A stretch of DNA of 64,000 nucleotides, from assembly GCA_902785645.1 (NCBI GenBank), contig CACZZG010000004.1, positions 819-64,818 on the forward strand, written 5' to 3'. This document shows, piece after piece, positions 56,365-64,000 of this stretch. The notes beneath the pieces were generated by a model, which was not told the DNA's origin, made no database searches, and saw nothing but the letters and a program-made list of their open reading frames with translations. The position numbers and the translations under genes are program-made. This DNA is from an uncultured Erysipelotrichaceae bacterium (GTDB lineage Bacteria; Bacillota_I; Bacilli_A; RFN20; CAG-826). Each line of letters opens with the position of its first letter. Positions within the stretch are counted from its first letter, which is position 1.

Positions 56365-59022
56365 CTAGACAATCGCCGTCACAGTCTTTGTGCTATATTC
56401 ACAATTTTTGAGCATTCTCATATTGTCGATATAGATTTGACTTTGAGTGTTGTTGTTATTGATAATGCCAAATGAGATATTTTCAATATCTTTCATGTTG
56501 CCTTGAGAAATACTCTTGAATGTACCGTTGACATCTAAGAAGTAATCGAAGCCGATTTCATAATGTGTCCATTCTGTTGGAATATTCACAATCGCATATC
56601 TCATCTTGAAGACGGTCGAACCAGAACGTAAGTTGAGGTTCAAATACACGACAGCCTTGCCATCACCCTTAATATCAAGTGCGATACCTTTTGCGGTGCA
56701 CTTCTTGGAGAATGGAGTATTTCTCACATAAGAGACAGAAGAACTACCTTTATATTGCATCAATAATGATCTACTACCACCTTGGCTAGATACATCACTT
56801 GAGAATTCCATCAAGTTATAATCTAAAACTGTTGCATAACTCCAGTTTTCAAATAACTCTTCATCAGTTGGATAAATATCTTCTTCAAATGTATCAATGG
56901 TGATCTTTGTTTCATCATCAATATCTGGTCTTAAAGTACCGCCAAGCTCTTTCATTCCTGATTCAGTATCTGGAGCAAAATAGATTTCATCTATGTAAAC
57001 TGGATTAGCAATCGCATATGTTGGATGAGATTTACCAGTTTGGTCATAGTAGAAATATTGGAAAGCAAAAGCCATGTGAATGATATGATCCACACTCAAT
57101 GGATTTGGTTTATCAAATAATGCTGTTTCATTAGATAATTCAAAATCTTCAAAGGCTATTGTGTATTGCGTCCACTCTTTTTCCACCTTTGGAATAACAT
57201 ATCGATACCATTCACCACTATCCATTGTTAATTGAATAGTCATTTCTGCGCAGACATCATCATCAGGGATATAAGCAACCATTGGATCGTTCGGCTTAAC
57301 CGAAGCATCATTTAGCCAAATTCTGAATGACTTCATATCGGTGGAGACATCTTTGGTGTCTAAATATAGTTGATAGACAGCTTGTTCCATATCGGCTTTA
57401 TAATCGAATTCCGCACAATATTTATTGCCACCACCACCAACTTTATGAATGGTGTCTAATTTCATGGCTTCGTCTTTATTGACGACACTTTGATCCCAAT
57501 AATAATAGATTTGTGTATAGATATCGTAATTATTAAAGTCTTCAATGCGTCCGTCAGCGCCGACAAGACGTGTTCTATTATCAAGAATATCTTTGTATTC
57601 AATAACTTCTAAATCTTTAACAAAGATACTACCAGTCGCATAGTTATCCGCTAAACCAATATTGAATTTTTGGACAAAGTAGAATTGTTTTGCACCATCA
57701 CCTTGCATGTAATCCGTTCTTTGGAATGCTTTTAATGGGATGATGAGTTCTTTGTAACCATCGGCGTCTAAATCAGTCTTTAGATAAGTAAATGGAGTCT
57801 TGAATTGCCATCTATCCATATCTTCTTCAAGAACACGGAAATAGAACACCGCATTTGCGGAAGAACCAGTGATTTTAATTTTCATTCTTAAAGCATCACC
57901 TTTTACAAAGAATTTATAGAGGTTGATGTTTTGGAAACCATATCCATTAAATGGAGGTGTTCCATTTCTATCGTAATGTAATTCGATTTCATTTCCATCT
58001 TCAGAAACGGTCTTTATGAAATCATAGTTTTCATAAGTCCATTCACTTTGTGGTCTGGTGTTAAAGTCCATCTTCTTCATGAACATGTTGGAATAGTTAT
58101 CATATTTAACCGCTTTAACATCAGATATTAAGCAAACACCATCACCGAATGTTCTTTCGAAGACGATTTCGAAATATCTAATGTGTTCCCAGTCGAATTC
58201 TCGATTGAAAATATTCGTACCGGAAGTTCTTAGTGTGAAGTCTTCATACTTCATCAAAATAGTTTGTTTTGAGTTATTTGCGATTTGAACTTGTTGATGC
58301 CAATATTCGCCATCGTAATCCAAAACACGAATCAAAATTGTGGAGTCATGACCGGAATAGAAGAAATTGAAATAGAAAGCATCTGTTCCATATAGTTCTC
58401 TATCTTCAGTTTTGGTAACAACAATCCAGCCATCGCTCTTTGGAATTCCTTGAGAGGTATGTTCTTTGTCAAAAACAATCGCTAAAGAATCTTTGCCATT
58501 GCCAAAGAAGTTGCTTCTATCTATAGAAATATCAGCATAACTGCCTTCTTTATGCAGCACCCAATCTTGTTCATCTTCAATTTTAATTGGTATCTCATCC
58601 ACATCTTTAGAACGATATGTAAAATTACCATTTGTGTTGCATGGTTTCTTGTGGTCCTTGTTAACTGCAGTAACTCTCCAGAAATAAGTAATATCTTTTC
58701 TTGGAAGAGGATAATCTAATTCAAATTCGGTCGCAGAAATATTGTTTTCTTTGACATAAACTTCATCAGGGTCATTGATAAATGTTTCAGTATTAGCAAT
58801 TTCTAATTGATAATAATCAGCATTACTTGCTTCTTCCCAGGTAAAAGTAAAGTTACTATCTGTGGAGAAACCGTTTTCAGGACTTAATAGTTTAAAGTCA
58901 CCGATTTCACCCACGCGACGTTCAACATTAATTGGTTTAGATTCGTAATGTGGTTCGGAAGTATTACAAGCCGTTATTAATAACGGAATGAATAACAAGC
59001 TAAGGAATCTCATTCTTTTCAT
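56365..59022 (-). CDS. Large surface lipoprotein with an Fn3-like N-module and four CBM-like beta-sandwich modules
   Basis: Lipobox LLITAC. YYQLEIA...YFWRVTAVN Fn3-like motif. Repeated ...W..Y.I.F.DF module endings. Confidence 0.6.
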   Translation of the reverse strand: MKRMRFLSLLFIPLLITACNTSEPHYESKPINVERRVGEIGDFKLLSPENGFSTDSNFTFTWEEASNADYYQLEIANTETFINDPDEVYVKENNISATEFELDYPLPRKDITYFWRVTAVNKDHKKPCNTNGNFTYRSKDVDEIPIKIEDEQDWVLHKEGSYADISIDRSNFFGNGKDSLAIVFDKEHTSQGIPKSDGWIVVTKTEDRELYGTDAFYFNFFYSGHDSTILIRVLDYDGEYWHQQVQIANNSKQTILMKYEDFTLRTSGTNIFNREFDWEHIRYFEIVFERTFGDGVCLISDVKAVKYDNYSNMFMKKMDFNTRPQSEWTYENYDFIKTVSEDGNEIELHYDRNGTPPFNGYGFQNINLYKFFVKGDALRMKIKITGSSANAVFYFRVLEEDMDRWQFKTPFTYLKTDLDADGYKELIIPLKAFQRTDYMQGDGAKQFYFVQKFNIGLADNYATGSIFVKDLEVIEYKDILDNRTRLVGADGRIEDFNNYDIYTQIYYYWDQSVVNKDEAMKLDTIHKVGGGGNKYCAEFDYKADMEQAVYQLYLDTKDVSTDMKSFRIWLNDASVKPNDPMVAYIPDDDVCAEMTIQLTMDSGEWYRYVIPKVEKEWTQYTIAFEDFELSNETALFDKPNPLSVDHIIHMAFAFQYFYYDQTGKSHPTYAIANPVYIDEIYFAPDTESGMKELGGTLRPDIDDETKITIDTFEEDIYPTDEELFENWSYATVLDYNLMEFSSDVSSQGGSRSLLMQYKGSSSVSYVRNTPFSKKCTAKGIALDIKGDGKAVVYLNLNLRSGSTVFKMRYAIVNIPTEWTHYEIGFDYFLDVNGTFKSISQGNMKDIENISFGIINNNNTQSQIYIDNMRMLKNCEYSTKTVTAIV

Positions 59023-59025
59023 AAA

Positions 59026-60555
59026 TTAGAGCTCCTTGCTAGAGAGGACGACTAATGTGTCATTTGGAATGGTTAATTCGATTTGATCTTTTAAACTCAT
59101 TTCGAGAACTTTATTCTCTCTGACAAATCCATCCTCGCCAATCTTCAATTCGTTTTCGTTATAAATATAAACGTAGATTTTACCTGAATCTTTAAAATCT
59201 TCGCCTATTCTAAATGTTTTTGTAATCGCTTTTGCGTCTCTATTGACTGCGACAACACCAGCGTATTCTTTGTTGGGACCAATGACGCCTAAACTTCTAA
59301 AGTTTTTATCATATTTAGGATCGTTGACTCCAGAATCAAAGATTTGACTACCCCTTCTCATTAAGTTAGTCAATAAGACTGAGGAATGATACCAAGGTCT
59401 CAATCTTTGTTTAGCTGCGCTATCAGTGCCCAATGAGGAGAACATACCCCAACCTTTAGAGGTCATTGTGCCATCTTCTTTATAAATAAAGTGCATGCCA
59501 TCATCAAAGTCCCAATAGACGATTGATGAAACGCCAGAGATTGCACATTGTAATGTGTAATCCGCCATTCTTAAACCATAAGAATAGTTAGCAATATAAG
59601 CATTGGAGTCTGTCGCGGCATCTTTACCATCGTAAAGACCAGCTTCCCAAACGTGAGGCATTCTCACTTTACCTAAATCTTTATCGTTCTTTTTGGTCTT
59701 CTTATACATTTGTTTGATACGAACGGCTAAATCGCCAGTATCAATAATCATATTTGGACAATAAACATGGAAACCATAATCGCCTACTTGTTTTCTTAAT
59801 GTCTTGCTTTTAGAGATGCCGGTGAAATATTCATCAGTTCCTTCAAAACCAGTTGTGTCACCACCGACAATCTTGATGTCGTTAAAACCACGATCATCAA
59901 GTTCTTTTCTCACGTTAGCGACACCTTTTGACCATATTTCGAAAGTATTATTATAGTTCTTTGAACTATACATTTGACCAGTATAGTTTGGTTCGTTGGA
60001 ATTAACGAAGTATTTAATACATCTGATTCCTTGGAATTTGACGAGATATTCAATGACATCCACTGTCATCTTTGCCCATCTAATATCACTTGTGACTTCT
60101 TCGAACATATCATATTCGTCAGCACGGACATTTCCCGGAACATTCCAACAACCAAAAGCCACATCGATGTCATGATCATTACAGTATCTTAAAACATCAA
60201 TTGTGTTGTTCATTAATTTATTTGAGAAATTATATTCCCAAGTATCGTTAGTTTTGTCATTATCACCCTTATCATCAAAATTGGTGATGAACCAGTCATA
60301 GTTAAGCATGCATCTGGTTACTTGAGGATTTAGTCGATTCATAATCTTTAAAGATCTCTCCCAAGAGCCAGAAGAAAGCTTGTCAGGATCTTCATAAGTT
60401 CCCCATTCAACACCTAAGCCTTCAAAATTCTGAATAACAATATTCTTCTTTTTGTAGACCATGTTATCCAAGTCGACTTTTTGATTACAGCCGACAATGG
60501 TACATACACAGGCGGTTAATAATGATAAGGTTATTAATCTTTTCGCCTTACTCAT
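59026..60555 (-). CDS. Lipoprotein glycoside hydrolase, clan GH-A (GH5/GH30-like)
   Basis: Lipobox TIVGC. VNSNEPN (acid/base NEP motif) and HVWEAG (candidate nucleophile). The exact family is not resolved. Confidence 0.55.
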   Translation of the reverse strand: MSKAKRLITLSLLTACVCTIVGCNQKVDLDNMVYKKKNIVIQNFEGLGVEWGTYEDPDKLSSGSWERSLKIMNRLNPQVTRCMLNYDWFITNFDDKGDNDKTNDTWEYNFSNKLMNNTIDVLRYCNDHDIDVAFGCWNVPGNVRADEYDMFEEVTSDIRWAKMTVDVIEYLVKFQGIRCIKYFVNSNEPNYTGQMYSSKNYNNTFEIWSKGVANVRKELDDRGFNDIKIVGGDTTGFEGTDEYFTGISKSKTLRKQVGDYGFHVYCPNMIIDTGDLAVRIKQMYKKTKKNDKDLGKVRMPHVWEAGLYDGKDAATDSNAYIANYSYGLRMADYTLQCAISGVSSIVYWDFDDGMHFIYKEDGTMTSKGWGMFSSLGTDSAAKQRLRPWYHSSVLLTNLMRRGSQIFDSGVNDPKYDKNFRSLGVIGPNKEYAGVVAVNRDAKAITKTFRIGEDFKDSGKIYVYIYNENELKIGEDGFVRENKVLEMSLKDQIELTIPNDTLVVLSSKEL

Positions 60556-60569
60556 AAAAATCCTTTCTT

Positions 60570-62198
60570 TTATTTACCTAATTTTTCATTAATCTCTTTT
60601 AGGACTCTTTCCCATGATGCGTTTTTGAAAGAATCCAAATAAGCATTCTTGTCAAAACCTTTATATGACATCGCATATTTAGAGGCCGAGACGTTTGCAT
60701 CCGCTAACAAACCTTCGGTCTTATCGTTCTTTGTTGGCGTGGACATCCAGTCGATATCGGCTGGTTCTTTCACCACTCTTAATAAACCATCTTTCTTAGC
60801 TTGTTTCATTTCTTCTGTCCAAGCATTGAGAATGTTATAGGCATCCATATCGGTATATGGGTCAAATGATTTTGTATCATTACCTAATGTGGCCATATAT
60901 CTAAGATATTTAGCACCATTATCTTTTGGAGCATATTTGCCATCAGCGCCTTTTTCCCAACCTTTTTCAGTTAGTTCAACTTCACCATTAACGATGTTAT
61001 AGTCATATCCTTCCTTACCATAGATGGCTAATCTTGTACCTTCTTCAGATAAAAGGTAATCCATAATATCTAAAATCTTATTCATCTTCTTTTCGGAGAT
61101 GTCATAGTTAAACATTGTCGCAGAGAACCAGTTCTCTGTTCCTTCTAATGCAAATTTCCCATCCGGACCTTTAACTTTCATTAATGCGGTTGCATCATCA
61201 AGTTTTGGTTCTTTTCTCATATATTCTCTTAATTGAATGTAGTTCGCTAATGAGAAATTGTCATATAAAACACCAGCAAAACCGCCTTTATAGGCTTGGT
61301 ATGCTTTATCGTTTTCTTCAGTAAAGCTGCCTTGGTCTGGAGAATAAATTGTTTCAGAAGCTAAATTTTTAGCGACTTCTAAACCTGCCATATATTCATC
61401 AGATGTAAAAGCATTGATGGCTTTACCATTACTATCTTTAACGAAGCAATGAGGAACTTCTTTATAGAAATTAGTAACTGATGGGAAAGCCCATGGTTGA
61501 TCCACTAAAGGAATGGATTGATTTGTGCCAGTAATATCTTTAATGTGTGTTTTGAAAGCAGCTAATAAACGATTGAATTCTTCCCAAGTATAAACATCGC
61601 CTTCCTTATAAATAGGAATGTAATTTGGATTGTTCACATTAACTGGCATCTCATCGATTTGTTTTGCCCAGTCTCTTCTATAGACATATGTGAAGTTCGA
61701 GAAGTCTTTTTCGTAGTTGACTATGTCACTCATCACAGGAATGCAATATAATTTGCCATCATATTTCAATCTATCAATATTGCTGACGTGGGAAAGCATT
61801 TCTTGAAGATGTGGCCATTTACTCAAATCATCTGGTAAAGCCTTAATAATTTGACCATCAACCCATTTTTCATAAGTTGAACCAAAGTTATAAGCTTTTA
61901 AGTTGAAGTGAATGACGTCGGTTAAATTGTCACCGTTAATTGCGACGTTAACCATTTCATCCCAGTTACCATAAACATAGTTTGTTGGTCTAATTGCCAC
62001 TTGGAACATTTCATTTAAGGTTTCGGTGTATGTATCCGCGCCTTCCCAGTTATTGAAATAAACGTTCTTTAACTCAAGTATAAGACGTCCATTCTTATCG
62101 TATTTGTCCGCACCACTTTTGGATTTACATCCCGCTAGTGCTCCAATCGATAGTAAAGCAGTGATACATGCTCCATAAATAATCTTTGCGTTTTTCAT
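60570..62198 (-). CDS. ABC transporter extracellular solute-binding lipoprotein (LplA-like, large type)
   Basis: Lipobox ALAGC. Its size, and its position next to LplB/LplC-type permeases. Confidence 0.8.
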   Translation of the reverse strand: MKNAKIIYGACITALLSIGALAGCKSKSGADKYDKNGRLILELKNVYFNNWEGADTYTETLNEMFQVAIRPTNYVYGNWDEMVNVAINGDNLTDVIHFNLKAYNFGSTYEKWVDGQIIKALPDDLSKWPHLQEMLSHVSNIDRLKYDGKLYCIPVMSDIVNYEKDFSNFTYVYRRDWAKQIDEMPVNVNNPNYIPIYKEGDVYTWEEFNRLLAAFKTHIKDITGTNQSIPLVDQPWAFPSVTNFYKEVPHCFVKDSNGKAINAFTSDEYMAGLEVAKNLASETIYSPDQGSFTEENDKAYQAYKGGFAGVLYDNFSLANYIQLREYMRKEPKLDDATALMKVKGPDGKFALEGTENWFSATMFNYDISEKKMNKILDIMDYLLSEEGTRLAIYGKEGYDYNIVNGEVELTEKGWEKGADGKYAPKDNGAKYLRYMATLGNDTKSFDPYTDMDAYNILNAWTEEMKQAKKDGLLRVVKEPADIDWMSTPTKNDKTEGLLADANVSASKYAMSYKGFDKNAYLDSFKNASWERVLKEINEKLGK

Positions 62199-62214
62199 AA
62201 ATAATCCTCCTTAT

Positions 62215-63123
62215 TTATCCTTTAATCGCTCCGACAACAATACCTTTTACAAAGAATCTTTGTAAGAAGGGGTAAAAACACATCATTGGGACAATGGTGA
62301 AGAAAATACTCGCCATCGTCAAACCCTCGGAATAGCCTTCTCTAGCATCCGGGTTTTCAATATTTGATGATACTTTACTAATTAAGTTTTTAAGAACCAT
62401 TTGTAATGGCCATAATTCCTTTTTATCAGGAATAAATAACATCGCGTTATACCAAGAGTTCCAGTTACCAACGGCGAAGAATAAGCCAATTGTGGCTAGC
62501 ATTGGTAATGATAACGGTAAGAAAATCTTCACAAAGACAACGATGTCGTTCGCGCCATCAATCTTCGCACTTTCTTCCATTTCTGCTGGTAAGGACGCGA
62601 AATAGTTACGCATGAGTAACATATTAAATGTATCAATCGCACCCGGGATGATCATGACCCAGATGGTATTCATCATCCCTAAATCACGAATGAGGTAATA
62701 GTATGGGACCATACCACCACCGAAGAACATGGTGACTAAAATCATATTCATCACTAGGTTTTTACCGGTCCAATTCTTTCTTGATAAGGCATAACCAGTA
62801 ATGACTGTGAAGAATAATTGGTACAAAGTACCACCGATAAGAAGAATCATCGTAATACCAAATCCACCCCAAAGGGCATCGTTGGTAAAGACCTTCTTAT
62901 AAGAAGATAAGTCTAAATCTGTCGGCCAGAGTAATAGATTGTTTTGTAAATATGCTTCTTCACTAGAAATGGAGATGACAAATGCACTCCAGAACGGGAA
63001 TAGAATCAATAATGCATAGGTCACTAAAATGATACAAATGATGATATCAATTGCTTGTATCTTTGTTTCTCTAGATGATCTTCTTGGGCGAAGAGGTAAT
63101 CTCTCTAATCTATCTTTTCTCAT
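62215..63123 (-). CDS. Carbohydrate ABC transporter permease (LplC-like)
   Basis: EAA-loop-like EESAKIDGAND.VVFVKIFLPLS. Start trimmed to ATG 63123 (TAATG overlap). Confidence 0.88.
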   Translation of the reverse strand: MRKDRLERLPLRPRRSSRETKIQAIDIIICIILVTYALLILFPFWSAFVISISSEEAYLQNNLLLWPTDLDLSSYKKVFTNDALWGGFGITMILLIGGTLYQLFFTVITGYALSRKNWTGKNLVMNMILVTMFFGGGMVPYYYLIRDLGMMNTIWVMIIPGAIDTFNMLLMRNYFASLPAEMEESAKIDGANDIVVFVKIFLPLSLPMLATIGLFFAVGNWNSWYNAMLFIPDKKELWPLQMVLKNLISKVSSNIENPDAREGYSEGLTMASIFFTIVPMMCFYPFLQRFFVKGIVVGAIKG

Positions 63124-64000
63124 TAGATAATACCCCTTTCTCCACAAGCTTTGGCGATTCTATCGGTAACAATAACTAAAGTAAAACCAATGACTGATTT
63201 AAATAAACCAATCGCTGTACCAACACCGGCGGAATCACTACCCACAATCGCGTGGTAATAAATATATGTATCAATAATGGCAATATCATCTCTAACGAGC
63301 TTATTACCTAAATTCAAAATCTGATCAAATCCAGCGGAAAGAACACCACCCACTGACATAATCAGTAATAAAATTGCGGTGGCTTTAATACCTGGTAAGG
63401 TAATATGCCATATCTTCTGCAAACGCGTTGCACCATCGATATCCGCAGCTTCATATTGATCCTGAGGGATACCCGCCATTGTGGCAAGGTAGATAATGCT
63501 TCCCCAGCCAGCCTCCTTCCAAATATCCGAGGCAAATATCAAGCCAAAGAAGAAGTATTTATCTGTTAGATAATTCGTTCGTCCTCCACCCATGAAGTTG
63601 GTCAAAGAGTTAATCGCTCCATAATATGAGAATAATGAGAAGACGAAACCGGAAACGACAACCCATGATAAGAAGTGTGGGAAGGTAACAATGGTTTGAA
63701 TGGTCTTCTTAGTTCTTCTCATTCTTAATTCATTGAGTAATAACGCTACTAAAACAGCGCCTAAGAATCCGATAATAACTTTGATAGAACCAATGATTAA
63801 GGTATTTCTAAATGCATCCCAGAATTTTGGTTCTTCAAAGACCCTGATAAAGTTATCTACACCATTCCATGGTGAACCCCAAATACCAAGTTTTGGTTTG
63901 AAGTTCTTAAATGCCATTAAGACACCATACATTGGAATGTAATTAAAGATAATATAGAAAACGATTGCAGGCAAAATCATGAGCATCAGGTATTTGCTGC
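63123..64000 (-). CDS. Carbohydrate ABC transporter permease (LplB-like), 5' end beyond the window
   Basis: EAADIDGATRLQKIWHITLPGI EAA loop. The reading frame stays open upstream of the track Met to the window edge. Confidence 0.85.
   Translation of the reverse strand, partial: SKYLMLMILPAIVFYIIFNYIPMYGVLMAFKNFKPKLGIWGSPWNGVDNFIRVFEEPKFWDAFRNTLIIGSIKVIIGFLGAVLVALLLNELRMRRTKKTIQTIVTFPHFLSWVVVSGFVFSLFSYYGAINSLTNFMGGGRTNYLTDKYFFFGLIFASDIWKEAGWGSIIYLATMAGIPQDQYEAADIDGATRLQKIWHITLPGIKATAILLLIMSVGGVLSAGFDQILNLGNKLVRDDIAIIDTYIYYHAIVGSDSAGVGTAIGLFKSVIGFTLVIVTDRIAKACGERGII

Overview
This is an AT-rich chromosomal segment that uses the standard genetic code: TGA is used as a stop (e.g. 3774..3776, 29227..29229) and Trp is TGG. 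It comes from a low-GC Gram-positive-lineage bacterium. Several features fit an Acholeplasma-like Mollicute or a close Bacillota/Erysipelotrichia relative, though this lineage call is inference, not a search result. Those features are a PASTA-less PrkC, many lipoproteins, a PPi-type phosphofructokinase signature, a Na+-type F1Fo c subunit, and no cell-wall genes in 64 kb.

Layout of the window:
- 1..1513: glgD and glgC.
- 2206..13270: a streamlined version of the B. subtilis 'ylo' housekeeping cluster. It runs rpmB / rpe-rsgA-prkC-prpC-rlmN-rsmB-like-x-priA-gmk / rqcH, and lacks def, fmt, rpoZ, coaBC and thiN.
- 13271..14358: trmL and ppa.
- 15216..23083: a complete F1Fo ATP synthase operon, directly preceded by a PfkA-family phosphofructokinase.
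- 25049..31548: addB-addA plus a translationally coupled unknown gene.
- 31630..35567: a tightly packed glpK-pepP-mrp-yigZ block.
- 37371..38925: trxA, then tRNA-Gly(UCC), then a roughly 1-kb islet carrying a RhuM-Fic/Doc gene. The islet is bracketed by direct repeats of the tRNA 3' end.
- 44160..45629: a T-box-controlled tyrS.
- 45739..46282: a DinJ-YafQ toxin-antitoxin pair.
- 48578..64000: a 15-kb-plus single-strand carbohydrate utilisation operon. It encodes an LplABC-type ABC importer, a clan GH-A lipoprotein, a large CBM-like lipoprotein, a GH130 enzyme, three esterases, YesL, and a MalK-type ATPase with extra regulatory domains.

I found no rRNA genes, CRISPR arrays, transposases or integrases.

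The observations I rate highest are:
- the integrase-less tRNA-Gly islet with a non-canonical Fic/Doc gene;
- the two-carboxylate Na+ signature in the ATP synthase c subunit, coupled to a PPi-PFK signature;
- the unknown third gene of the addBA operon;
- the MalK-type ATPase with a triplicated regulatory domain, together with unknown membrane proteins in the glycan operon.

All family assignments come from reading the translations by eye against remembered motifs. No database search was run.
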